Assembly (NCBI GenBank): GCA_963706595.1
Contig: OY970166.1
Coordinates: forward strand, 1,034,117-1,098,116
DNA: 64,000 bases
DNA from: an uncultured cyanobacterium
GTDB taxonomy: Bacteria; Cyanobacteriota; Cyanobacteriia; Cyanobacteriales; Nostocaceae
Direction: 5' to 3'
In this document: one piece after another, positions 1 through 10,612 of the stretch
Layout: every line of letters starts with the position of its first letter
Position numbering within the stretch: position 1 is the first letter of the stretch
The notes under the pieces: generated by a model
What the model saw: only the letters and a program-made list of their open reading frames with translations
Told to the model about the DNA's origin: nothing
Databases searched by the model: none
Translations under genes and position numbers: made by a program

Positions 1-30
1 TGTTGCTATTTTTCAGTTTATCGAATTCAT

Positions 31-96
31 TCCCCACTCCCCACTCCCCACTCCCCACTCCCCACTCCCCATTCCCCATTCCCCACTCCCCACTCC
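31..96. repeat. STRR-type tandem heptamer tract (CCCCACT/CCCCATT)n
   Basis: About nine tandem 7-nt units read directly. The tract abuts the stop codon of the cobM-like gene. Confidence 0.9.
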
Positions 97-858
97 CTAA
101 TTATGGGATGAGCGAAATATATGGTTGTGTTCTGGATGATATAATCGCGATCGCCCTGTGGTTGCAGAAAGTGCTGGACTAATTAGGTAAAGTGTGGTAC
201 GAATTAAATTTTCTTCATTGGTACATTTTGCCATTTGGTTCAGAGGGACAACCATGATTTTTTCATCAGGCCATCCGATGCGATAGCAAATGGCTATGGG
301 GGTTTCGGCTGGGTAATGTTCTAAAAGTTTGGCTTGGGCGTTTTCAATGTGACGCGCACTCAGATAAAGACAAAGACTCGCCTGATGTGCGGCGAGGGTG
401 GCTAATTCTTCTGTTGGTGGGACTTGTGTCCGTCCACTGATGCGGGTGAGAATAATAGTTTGAACTAAACCGGGGACAGTTAATTCTATTTTAAGTTTAG
501 CGGCTGCGGCTTGAAAGGCGCTAATTCCTGGGATGACTTCAAAGGGTATATTTGCCTCCGCTAAGAGTTGCATTTGCTCATGGACGGCGCTGTAAAGACT
601 GGGATCTCCAGAATGAAGACGAACTACAGATTGATGCGATCGCACCCGTTCCACCATTAGCCCGATAATTTCCTCTAAAGTCTTATTTGCCGTGGGAATA
701 ATTTCTGCATCTTCTCGGCATAAATCTAAAATCTCTTCTGGTATTAAAGAGTCAGCAAATAAAATCACATCCGCAACAGCCAGCAGTTTCTGGGCTTTGA
801 CTGTCAATAAATCCGGGTCTCCAGGACCTGCTCCCACAATATAAACGGCTGAATCCAT
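97..858 (-). CDS. cobM: precorrin-4 C11-methyltransferase (CobM/CbiF family)
   Basis: Has the VYIVGAGPGDPDLLT motif of tetrapyrrole methylases and is CobM/CbiF-like along its length. Start moved to the ATG at 858 (MDSAVYIVGAGPGDP). Confidence 0.85.
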   Translation of the reverse strand: MDSAVYIVGAGPGDPDLLTVKAQKLLAVADVILFADSLIPEEILDLCREDAEIIPTANKTLEEIIGLMVERVRSHQSVVRLHSGDPSLYSAVHEQMQLLAEANIPFEVIPGISAFQAAAAKLKIELTVPGLVQTIILTRISGRTQVPPTEELATLAAHQASLCLYLSARHIENAQAKLLEHYPAETPIAICYRIGWPDEKIMVVPLNQMAKCTNEENLIRTTLYLISPALSATTGRSRLYHPEHNHIFRSSHN

Positions 859-1066
859 AATATTTAGATTGTTTTTTATACAGAATTGTGTCAATTTTTT
901 TCAGTAATTTTCCATAAAGAGCAATTCTCAAACCATGTTTTTTGAGATTCTTTTGAGTAACGTTCCGGATTAGCCTTTTATTTCTCGTAGAGATGAATGG
1001 TAGATGCACCCTGGTTAAGCCCTAGAGAATACTCTGGGGCATTTTTTTATTTTTAGTCTATCCCCT

Positions 1067-1942
1067 TCATTCCCTCATTCCCTGACTCCCTCTCTGTGGC
1101 GAAACCACATCAGGTAAAGGGCGTTTAAGCAAGTAAAGCCAAGCTAACCCAGCTAATCCCACAAGAATACCCGTTAAACTCACAACTTGTGCAATGCGAA
1201 GCGGTCCGAGCATTAAGCTATCAATGCGAAAACCTTCAATCCACAGGCGACCGCAGCTGTAAGCTATTAAATAAGTTAAAAATAACGTACCTAAGCGCAA
1301 GGATGGCTTGCCAGATAAACTCCGAAAAAATAAAGTGATCAGCAAGGAGAATACGATCAAATTCCACAGCGATTCGTAGAGGAATGTGGGATGAAAGTAT
1401 TCAAAATTAGCTAAATCTGGAGGACGATTTTGCAGGGGAATATATAGCTTCCAAGGTAAATCGGTGGGACGACCAAAAGCTTCTGAGTTAAAGAAATTTC
1501 CCCAACGTCCCAGGGCTTGCCCTAAAATCACTGAAGGAGCGATTAAATCAGCCAGTTGCCAAAAAGACACCTGATTGATTCTGGCAAAGATTAATGCGGC
1601 TAAAGTACCGCCAATAATCGCCCCGTGAATAGCAATACCTCCTTGCCAAATCGCAATTATGCGTTCTGGGTGCTGGGAGTATTCTGACCATTGAAAGAAA
1701 ACATAATAAAGTCTGGCTGCGGGAATCGCCCCAATCACTAGCCAAATTGATAAATCACTAATCAACTCTGGGTCAACATTACGGCGCTTTGCCAGATACT
1801 GAGAAAGACTAACACCGATTAACACGGCGATCGCAATCAATAAGCCATACCAACGGATACTTATTGGTCCTATCTCCACGATAACTGGGCCTGGAGAAGT
1901 GAATTGAAACGCTAAAGGCAAAGTGGAAATATCCAGAACCAT
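1067..1942 (-). CDS. lgt: prolipoprotein diacylglyceryl transferase
   Basis: Multi-TM 291-aa protein with the [13 protein letters not shown] Lgt signature. Confidence 0.9.
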   Translation of the reverse strand: MVLDISTLPLAFQFTSPGPVIVEIGPISIRWYGLLIAIAVLIGVSLSQYLAKRRNVDPELISDLSIWLVIGAIPAARLYYVFFQWSEYSQHPERIIAIWQGGIAIHGAIIGGTLAALIFARINQVSFWQLADLIAPSVILGQALGRWGNFFNSEAFGRPTDLPWKLYIPLQNRPPDLANFEYFHPTFLYESLWNLIVFSLLITLFFRSLSGKPSLRLGTLFLTYLIAYSCGRLWIEGFRIDSLMLGPLRIAQVVSLTGILVGLAGLAWLYLLKRPLPDVVSPQRGSQGMRE

Positions 1943-2162
1943 GCAAAACTACCTATTTAATTACATTTTTAAGCGTTACAGCAATTAAAGCAAATTTTGC
2001 TTCGAGTGGGTTATGAAACTTGATGCCTGATGCAGCACGTAGTAAATAAAACACCCCTGACAATTCAGTGAAAAGCCTATAAAATCAACTGTTTGACTTT
2101 TGACTTGTGGTACTAATGCCCTATACTTACTTAAGTAGCTTTGGTACATTTAATAAAATTTT

Positions 2163-2714
2163 GTGATTGCTATTTACCCTGGCAGCTTTGACCCTATTAC
2201 TTTAGGTCACCTTGATATCATTCAGCGTGGTAGTCGGCTGTTTGACCAGGTGATTGTTGCTGTACTGCGAAATCCTCACAAAATCCCTCTGTTTACTGTG
2301 CAGGAAAGATTAGATCAGATTCGCCGCACTACTCAACATCTCTCGAATGTGGAAGTTGACGGTTTTGACGGTCTGACTGTGAACTACGCCCAGAAACGAC
2401 AAGCACAGGTTTTATTGCGAGGTTTACGGGCAATTTCTGACTTTGAAGTTGAGCTGCAAATGGCTCATACTAATAACACTCTTTCAACTGAAATAGAAAC
2501 CGTTTTTTTAGCCACATCAAATGAGTATAGTTTTTTAAGTAGTAGTGTGGTAAAAGAGATTGCAAGGTTTGGTGGATCTGTTGATCATCTTGTTCCCCAA
2601 CAAATTGCCCTAGATATATACAAATGCTACAACCACACCTCTCTAATGGACAACCCAATGACAACGGAAGTTATCCCTCCTCGGAAGAATATCCCAACGG
2701 AACGGGAAGCGTAG
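2163..2714 (+). CDS. coaD: phosphopantetheine adenylyltransferase
   Basis: N-terminus is [19 protein letters not shown] (nucleotidyltransferase HxGH). GTG start. The ~25-aa C-terminal tail overlaps the next ORF. Confidence 0.9.
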   Translation: MIAIYPGSFDPITLGHLDIIQRGSRLFDQVIVAVLRNPHKIPLFTVQERLDQIRRTTQHLSNVEVDGFDGLTVNYAQKRQAQVLLRGLRAISDFEVELQMAHTNNTLSTEIETVFLATSNEYSFLSSSVVKEIARFGGSVDHLVPQQIALDIYKCYNHTSLMDNPMTTEVIPPRKNIPTEREA

Positions 2715-3292
2715 ACATTCTGGAAGAACTCAATCGTTTAGAGGATTTAATTCTCTATGGTTTTCGTGTTCCTCTGACTGGGCGCACTTTAGTAGATGAA
2801 GATAAGCTGATTGAACAGATTGATTTTATTCGCATCTCTTTACCAGAGATTTTCCAGCAAGCAACTATTGTCCTCCAACAGAAGGATGCGGTTTTGCTCG
2901 AAGCTGAAGAATATGGACAGCAAGTTATTGAGGCGGCTCAAGCTAAACGAGCGCAAATTTTAGCGGAAAGCGATATCATCAGACATGCAGAACAGGAAGC
3001 TGAACAGTTGCGGCGACAAGTACAGCAGGAGTGTGAGGCAATGATGCAAGCAACTCTGATAGAAATTGAGCAAAAGCGACATACCTGCCAAAATGAGTTG
3101 GAGGAACTGCGACAAACTGCGATCGCACAAGCTCAAAATATTGAAAATGGCGCTGATGAATACGCTGATAGTGTGCTAGATGGTATCGAGCAAGACCTGA
3201 AGGATATGCTGCGTATTATTACGAATGGGCGGCAACAATTACGACATGATGTGCCGCCACAGCGTAATTCTCCACCTCCTAAGAAGAAGTAG
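2624..3292 (+). CDS. coiled-coil protein, DivIVA-like / ATP-synthase-b-like (cyanobacterial conserved)
   Basis: Long Glu/Gln/Ala-rich heptad region ([23 protein letters not shown]...). The only ATG in frame is 2624, which gives a 91-nt out-of-frame overlap with coaD. Confidence 0.45.
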   Translation: MLQPHLSNGQPNDNGSYPSSEEYPNGTGSVDILEELNRLEDLILYGFRVPLTGRTLVDEDKLIEQIDFIRISLPEIFQQATIVLQQKDAVLLEAEEYGQQVIEAAQAKRAQILAESDIIRHAEQEAEQLRRQVQQECEAMMQATLIEIEQKRHTCQNELEELRQTAIAQAQNIENGADEYADSVLDGIEQDLKDMLRIITNGRQQLRHDVPPQRNSPPPKKK

Positions 3293-3500
3293 TTTTGAGA
3301 AGCGAAGAAATTGGTCATCCATTAGCCTAGTCATTTGTTCGTAGTGAGTGCTTTAGCGCTCAATTTCATCTTTTAAAAGGTAAGGAAACATTTTTTGTTT
3401 GTTTACTTCTATTTACTAATATTTAGACTAAACGGTTTAGTTCAAAATCTTGATTACATAATTTTATCCGGTTATTTAGTCGTGATTTCTACAGTCGTTT

Positions 3501-3540
3501 CACCCCACCCCCAGCCCCTCCCCGCAAGCGAGGAGGGGAG
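3501..3540 (+). repeat. dispersed hairpin repeat, family A (CCCCACCCCCARCCCCTCCCCGCAAGCGAGGAGGGG)
   Basis: Stem CCCCTCC/GGAGGGG around GCAAGCG. One of at least 10 copies in the window. It lies 10 nt from the CRISPR trailer repeat. Confidence 0.85.
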
Positions 3541-3550
3541 TAAGAAGGAT

Positions 3551-4088
3551 TTTTCAATACTTCATAGGGATTAAGTGGTTTTTCAACTAGGGAATTAATT
3601 AGGAAGAAGAGGATTTTTATAGTTTCAATCCCTGATAGGGATTAAGTGGTTTTTCAACTACTAATTTCATCGCTAAAATTCCCGGTGGTTTTAGGTTTCA
3701 ATCCCTGATAGGGATTAAGTGGTTTTTCAACGAATGCGAGTATCAGCCGCTTTCTGATTTTCTACTGTTTCAATCCCTGATAGGGATTAAGTGGTTTTTC
3801 AACCTACTCCGCCACTTGTCCGTTTTTTTATTTCAACCGTTTCAATCCCTGATAGGGATTAAGTGGTTTTTCAACTAGCTCAGACATTTTTATCTCCCTT
3901 GAATTGCGTTGTTTCAATCCCTGATAGGGATTAAGTGGTTTTTCAACCTTGATTGTCACCTTCTGCATTTCCTTCTTAGTTTCAATCCCTGATAGGGATT
4001 AAGTGGTTTTTCAACCGTAGTCGGTCATTTGTACCAGTCATAATCTGGGCTGTTTCAATCCCTGATAGGGATTAAGTGGTTTTTCAAC
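3551..4088 (-). CRISPR. CRISPR array, 8 repeats of 37 nt and 7 spacers (31-36 nt), no adjacent cas genes
   Basis: Repeats at 3551 (degenerate, 4 mismatches), 3622, 3695, 3767, 3839, 3911, 3979 and 4052. The + strand unit is GTTTCAATCCCTGATAGGGATTAAGTGGTTTTTCAAC. Its reverse complement ends in ATTGAAAC, and it has an internal 7-bp stem AATCCCT/AGGGATT. All spacers are unique. Strand is inferred from the ATTGAAAC end and the position of the degenerate repeat. Confidence 0.93.
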
Positions 4089-4351
4089 TGACCGATTTTA
4101 GAAGCCTTAATATATTTAGTTTTCAAGGTTCAGTTCCGTCAACCTAAAGCGATAGTAGCATTCCAGCCACAGGAGTTGTCAAGAGGGGTAGTCAGATTTG
4201 GGCAAAAATCACCTAATAGCAAGCGTTACAGCGATCGCGTCAACCTATTTTGATCACATAATGCTCCAAACCTTTGTACAGCAAGCAATACAGCCGATAT
4301 TTTACACACCCCTGATTTTACACCTACTGGTTGACGCAAAATACCACCAGA

Positions 4352-5698
4352 TTACAAGGTGTAGGTGAAATCATTTACCAACATCCCCGGAACCAAACTA
4401 CCTCCCAAGTTGCGACTGTCATAAGTTCCGACTTCGGGGATAAATTCCTGAAAATCGGTCAATTCTACGAGATTATCTCCCCAGAAGCGATAAAGGCTTT
4501 CATCAAAGCGTAAGTTTTCTATGGGGGCGACGATTTCACCGTTTTCTACCCAAAAGCAAGCATAACGGGTCATACCTGTAATTCTACCAGTGGGGCGATC
4601 GCTCCAGTTCAAGTAATGCAAGTTCGATATATATAGTCCTGTATCTAAACTCTGCAAAATCTCGTCAAAACCTAAATTCCCCAGACTGATTTCCGGCGCA
4701 CGTAAAGTTTCAGAACTATTCGCACCGTTAGCTGTTTTGCCATATTCCTTGGCTGTGCGAGAATTAACCAGAGTATTAACTAAAATCCCTTGTGTAATTA
4801 AAGGTAATTCCGGGGCTACCATTTCCCCCAATTGGTTAAATCGTGGTACAAACCCTTGTTGAAAGTTTTCCTTTAAACTAAACTTGGGCGAAAGTTGTTT
4901 TTCTCGGCGTGATAGCATCGCCAAAGCACTGTTTCCCTGTTGTAAATCAGCTTCACTCACAGCAGACCAAGAAAGCATCCCCAATAAATCTGCCACAGCC
5001 GCCGGTGCAAAATAAGTTTTATACTGTCCTCGTGTTAATTGTTTAGCAGGACGGGAAAGTAATTGCAGTTGGGTTTTAGCTTCATTAATCTTGGCAATAT
5101 AAGCGGTTTCATCCCAATTACTTCCGGCAAATATACCTTTAACGGCTTGTCCACAGTGATCAAATAAAGAATAATCTAAGGTAAAAGTATCAGTTGCAAA
5201 CCAGTGTTTTTGACCCTGAGAATCACCATAAGCTTTAATTACGACTCCGCCAGCATACATCCCAGTGAAATCTAATTCAGCTACCAGTTCTAATAATGTT
5301 GGTACGACTGATTCTGCTGCTAATAATTGCCCAGAGTTGATTTCTCGACTGGTATTATTTCCTGATGGTAAAACTAAATAGGGGTCAATTGGTAATAGTG
5401 TCAGTTCTTCGCGCAGTTCGAGTAAAGCTGTGTATGCGGTTTGCCAATCTTTATCCCAGTTTCCAGTGAAGGGAAAGGAGCGAAAACTGCTGCGCTGATT
5501 TTCCATTAATGTTAGTTCTATGGAACCATCTGCAACTAAACCTGTTTGTCGCACTTTCGCATGATTAAAACGGGTAAATTGGCTTTGTTCACTGCTGAGT
5601 CTGACGGTGAATTCTTCAGTTGCGGTTTTTTTAATTAGTAGGGTTTCAATTAGTTGATTAAAGCTAGTTTCTAAGGTAGATGATTCGGCAAGTTTCAT
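4352..5698 (-). CDS. pmbA: PmbA/TldE family metallopeptidase partner subunit
   Basis: TldD/PmbA-fold protein without an HExxxH motif, immediately downstream of tldD. Start placed at the ATG at 5698 (MKLAESS), because the longer ORF runs into a repeat element. Confidence 0.8.
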   Translation of the reverse strand: MKLAESSTLETSFNQLIETLLIKKTATEEFTVRLSSEQSQFTRFNHAKVRQTGLVADGSIELTLMENQRSSFRSFPFTGNWDKDWQTAYTALLELREELTLLPIDPYLVLPSGNNTSREINSGQLLAAESVVPTLLELVAELDFTGMYAGGVVIKAYGDSQGQKHWFATDTFTLDYSLFDHCGQAVKGIFAGSNWDETAYIAKINEAKTQLQLLSRPAKQLTRGQYKTYFAPAAVADLLGMLSWSAVSEADLQQGNSALAMLSRREKQLSPKFSLKENFQQGFVPRFNQLGEMVAPELPLITQGILVNTLVNSRTAKEYGKTANGANSSETLRAPEISLGNLGFDEILQSLDTGLYISNLHYLNWSDRPTGRITGMTRYACFWVENGEIVAPIENLRFDESLYRFWGDNLVELTDFQEFIPEVGTYDSRNLGGSLVPGMLVNDFTYTL

Positions 5699-5728
5699 AA
5701 TGGAGAATGGGGATAAATAATTATATCT

Positions 5729-6031
5729 CTTGTAGAGACGCGATTCATCGCGTCTTCTTCTTGTCGATTGTTGTAGAATCATCGCGTCTTCTTCTTGTCG
5801 ATTGTTGTAGAATCATCGCGTCTTCCTTCCTTTCAACACAAAAGCGAGAAATTCAACGCGATGATTTGGATAAATTCAACATGATAATTTGGATAAATTT
5901 AACGCGATGATTTGGATAAATTCAACGCGATGATTTGGATAAATTTAACGCGATGATTTGGATAAATTTAACGCGATGATTTGGATAAATTTAACGCGAT
6001 GATTAGACGCGATAAATCGCGTCTCTACAAG
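5729..6031. repeat. TIR-bounded composite repeat element with two internal tandem arrays
   Basis: 16-nt perfect terminal inverted repeats CTTGTAGAGACGCGAT (5729-5744) and ATCGCGTCTCTACAAG (6016-6031). Inside is a 34-bp unit x2.3 (5747-5826) and a 23-bp unit AACGCGATGATTTGGATAAATTY with 6 full copies plus 1 partial (5855-6004). Confidence 0.85.
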
Positions 6032-7461
6032 CCGCCAAAGACTTCGACATTGGCAAATACGCATACTGGTGAACCGTGTCCTACCCAAATGGCTTGGTTG
6101 GGTTCTCCTTTTCCACACATCGCTGTACCATACATTTGCCAGTTGTCTGTGTTTCCTACTTGGGTGAGGCTGTGCCAAAATTCTGGGGTTGTGGCTCGAT
6201 AGTTGGGATTTTTCAGGGTTTTGGTGAGTTTACCTTTTTCGATTAATTTGGCGTATTCGCAACCAAATTGGAATTTATAACGCTGGTCGTCTATTGACCA
6301 AGAGCGATTTGATTCCATATAAACGCCGTGTTCAATTCCGCCAATCATTTCTTCGACGCTGGCGTTTCCTGGTTCTAAGTTTAAATTCGCCATGCGGTCG
6401 ATGGGGGGACGATTCCATGAGGATGCACGGGCGCAAGCTACACCGGATATCCCGGCTCTGGCTTGGCTTTCTAGGCTGCCTAATCCTCTTTGTAAGACTC
6501 CTCCTTTAATGACATATTCTCGTGTCGCCACTGCCCCTGTATCATCAAATCCATAGCTGGCAAATTGACCTGCTACGGTGGGGTCAAAGGTAATGTTCAT
6601 CAGGGGGGAACCATAAGCTAGGTTGCCAAAGTCACTCTTTTTGACGAAGCTACCGCCGGCGTAGTTGCGCTCATCTCCTAAAATTCGGTCGATTTCTAGG
6701 GGATGTCCGACACTTTCGTGAATTTGCAGCATCATTTGGTCTGGTGCTAAGACTAAATCTGTGCGGGTGTTGGGACATTCCTCGGCTGTTAACAGTTCTA
6801 TGGCTTGTTCTCCAACTTGCTGGACTCGCGGCCATAATTCATCTTGTTTTAATAGTTCCCAACCGCCTTGATAACAGTGGGCTTGCCAACCATTATTACT
6901 GCGTTGTTGGACTATTGCACCATCTTGAGCGATCGCGCCATAATGTGTTCCTAATGAGACAATCTTTTGATATACTTCTGAGCCGTTGCTGCTGACAAAC
7001 CAAGTTTCTCTTTCGGTGGTGCTGGCGCTGGCTGAGGTCTGCACTATTTTGTCATCAACTTTCAGCGTTTGACAGACACGCACCAGCAAGTTGTTGATTT
7101 CTCCGGGGCTGAGTGTATCTAATGGCTGTGAAATTGGAGATTTATATTCACCTACGACTTTGGGGCGTTGACTTTCTTGAAAGGGATATATCCACCATTT
7201 GCTAGCGGCTAAGGCTTGTTGATAAGCTGTTTGGGCTGCTGCTTGTAGTGATGACAATTCTAGGGAATTTGTGGCTGCATAACCAAGACAGCCATTCACT
7301 AAAACTTCTAGCATTGCCCCCATTGTGGAGGATTTACCGTTAATTTGGGGTAAACCATCCCGAACATGACGAGTTGAGGAATTTTTCTTAACGGCTCTAA
7401 TTCCAACCCAATCAGCCGGAATATCGAGATTAGCGATTGCTTGTGTAAGTTCAGACCACAT
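6025..7461 (-). CDS. tldD: TldD family metalloprotease
   Basis: Has the HESVGHPLE (HExxxH) zinc site and is 478 aa with TldD-like sequence throughout. The last Leu codon and the TAG stop lie inside the right TIR of the repeat element. Confidence 0.9.
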   Translation of the reverse strand: MWSELTQAIANLDIPADWVGIRAVKKNSSTRHVRDGLPQINGKSSTMGAMLEVLVNGCLGYAATNSLELSSLQAAAQTAYQQALAASKWWIYPFQESQRPKVVGEYKSPISQPLDTLSPGEINNLLVRVCQTLKVDDKIVQTSASASTTERETWFVSSNGSEVYQKIVSLGTHYGAIAQDGAIVQQRSNNGWQAHCYQGGWELLKQDELWPRVQQVGEQAIELLTAEECPNTRTDLVLAPDQMMLQIHESVGHPLEIDRILGDERNYAGGSFVKKSDFGNLAYGSPLMNITFDPTVAGQFASYGFDDTGAVATREYVIKGGVLQRGLGSLESQARAGISGVACARASSWNRPPIDRMANLNLEPGNASVEEMIGGIEHGVYMESNRSWSIDDQRYKFQFGCEYAKLIEKGKLTKTLKNPNYRATTPEFWHSLTQVGNTDNWQMYGTAMCGKGEPNQAIWVGHGSPVCVFANVEVFGGL

Positions 7462-7569
7462 ATTTATTTATAATGAAATTCTTGATAACAGCAATGGTAA
7501 ATTATTATCTTTACTACAGAATTACATATTTGTAAAGTTATTGCATTGATTGCAAACACCGAGAAGCCC

Positions 7570-7602
7570 AGATCCCCGACTTCTCTAAGAAGTCGGGGAT
7601 CT
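7570..7602. repeat. 33-nt palindromic hairpin repeat AGATCCCCGACTTCT..AAGAAGTCGGGGATCT
   Basis: Near-perfect palindrome just downstream of the AI-2E transporter stop. A second copy is at 14496-14528. Confidence 0.8.
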
Positions 7603-7626
7603 ATTTGTGTCAGTATAAAAATTAAC

Positions 7627-8778
7627 TTATTTTTCCACAGTTTGAGACACACCATCGGCTAGATTATCTGAGTTTGATGTTGGTTGATTATCGGAATTTA
7701 GCGCCAGTTTGTAAATAGCGGATTTTTCTTCATTCAAAAACTTCGGCTGTAAATAAAGGTTTTCCACCAGAACACCGACACCAGCTACCCAAGGCGGGAC
7801 AATGACAGCGCCAATAATGCCTAAAACTTGTGTTCCTCCCAATACGGCTAAAAGTTGATATAAAGGACGGACTCGCACGGAAGAACCTACCAGCAAGGGG
7901 TCAAGTACATAGGTTTCTAGATTTTGAATGATCACAAATAAGAGCAATACCCAGAGAAAAGTCAAGCCACTTTGGGGAATTGCCACAATTAACGCCGGAA
8001 TTGCCCCTAATACTGGACCGACAAAGGGAATTAAGTTGGTAAACCCAGCAATTACACCGAGGGCTAAGGAAAATTCTGATAGTCCCAAAATGCTCAATCC
8101 TACGGTAATCACAACGCCTAAAATGGCGGAAACTAAAACTCGCCCTTGAATATATCCCCCCATGCGGCGAGAAATAGGTATAACTTGTTCGGCTAGGCGT
8201 TCGTCCCACGGTTGGGGAAACAGACTGACTAGACCTTTGACTATGCTTTTGCTTCCAGCGACCATATAGGCGGACATGACTAGGGCTAAAATCAAATTGA
8301 CTACGCCGCCAATAAAGCCACGCGTAAAGCCGAAGGAACGGACGAGTAACTGCTGACTGGAACGAAATAACCAATTCGTGAGTGATTGGAGGTCAAAAAA
8401 TTCTTCTACTGACTCAATTTGAGTGATTCCCAATCTCAAAGCGAGATTTTCTACTGCAATCACCAAATTATCTAAATAAATTGGCAATTTACTAGCTAAT
8501 CGCTGAATTTGTTCGGAAACAGATGGTCCAATGATTAAACCTGCGCCAATTAATCCAAAAATTAGGCTAACGTAGACGATAATTACGCCTAGCCAACGGG
8601 GAAAACGCAATTTTTCGGCGGCGTTTACTAATGGCGCAATCGCAGCTGCCAATACTACCGCTATCATTAAAGTTAAGATTAAACTCCGTAATTGCCACAG
8701 TAAGACGACGACAAAGAAAACGGCGACAATTAGCAAGAGGTCAGCTAAGGAAACAGACTTACGCTGGTTATTAGTCAT
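7627..8778 (-). CDS. AI-2E family transporter (PerM/UPF0118)
   Basis: 383-aa polytopic membrane protein with the family-typical GFTNLIPFVGPVLGAIPA segment. Confidence 0.8.
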   Translation of the reverse strand: MTNNQRKSVSLADLLLIVAVFFVVVLLWQLRSLILTLMIAVVLAAAIAPLVNAAEKLRFPRWLGVIIVYVSLIFGLIGAGLIIGPSVSEQIQRLASKLPIYLDNLVIAVENLALRLGITQIESVEEFFDLQSLTNWLFRSSQQLLVRSFGFTRGFIGGVVNLILALVMSAYMVAGSKSIVKGLVSLFPQPWDERLAEQVIPISRRMGGYIQGRVLVSAILGVVITVGLSILGLSEFSLALGVIAGFTNLIPFVGPVLGAIPALIVAIPQSGLTFLWVLLLFVIIQNLETYVLDPLLVGSSVRVRPLYQLLAVLGGTQVLGIIGAVIVPPWVAGVGVLVENLYLQPKFLNEEKSAIYKLALNSDNQPTSNSDNLADGVSQTVEK

Positions 8779-8907
8779 TTGTCATTAGTCATTGGTTATT
8801 AGTCATTAGTCATTAGGAAGTTACCGTCTTCTCCCCCCTGCACCCTGCACCCTGCACCCCTGCCTCTTCCCCCCCCTACTCCCCACTCCCCACTCCCCAC
8901 TCCCTCT
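8779..8907. repeat. STRR heptamer tracts (TCATTAG)n, (CCTGCAC)n, (CCCCACT)n
   Basis: Three different tandem heptamers fill the whole transporter-cysS intergenic space. The same composite, in inverse orientation, occurs at 53106-53232. Confidence 0.85.
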
Positions 8908-8908
8908 T

Positions 8909-10363
<1,455 letters not shown>

Positions 10364-10612
10364 ACGATTTTAGATTTTAGATTTTAGATTAAGGGGCTTG
10401 AGAATTTTAGACTGGGGTTAGCCAAGGGTATGCAGCGCAGCGATGTAGTTTCGAGTAATAATAGGGTAAAACAGCTGCAATCACAGCCCATCATCCCTAT
10501 GCTAGTACGGCAAGGCAGAAATCAACCATCCCCTCCCGAAAAATTAACCCCTCATACTAGCGTAATTACCAATTACGAATTACTTAACTTTTTGATATTT
10601 GATAACAGCACT

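Noticed and set aside
752-1009. Short antisense or overlapping ORFs throughout the track (for example 752..1009, 1548..1745, 7901..8374, 12875..13177, 39919..40215, 57574..58161, 62913..63410).
   Set aside because: Each lies inside or opposite a well-supported longer gene and has no recognisable motif, so each was treated as a shadow ORF.
3293-4351. cas genes, or a tracrRNA-like anti-repeat, next to the CRISPR array.
   Set aside because: There is no ORF of 60 aa or more in the flanks, apart from a spurious 60-aa ORF (4331..4513) that lies almost entirely antisense to pmbA and only clips the end of this interval. The only repeat-like fragment (about 4120-4146, GTTTTCAAGG...GTCAAC) is too degenerate to call.
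5855-6004. The 23-bp tandem array could be mistaken for a second CRISPR array.
   Set aside because: The units are directly adjacent with no spacers, and the unit is too short. It is a plain tandem repeat inside a TIR-bounded element.
5707-6202. ORFs 5707..5910, 5945..6178 and 5981..6202.
   Set aside because: They are translations of the tandem-repeat element and of the tldD antisense strand, not genes.
10540-10612. A Zur/Fur box upstream of the His-rich COG0523 gene (TTTGATATTTGATAACA and GTAATTACCAATTACGAATTAC).
   Set aside because: The first is a direct rather than inverted TGATA repeat, and the second is heptamer-like. Neither can be matched to a Zur consensus without a matrix scan or experimental data.
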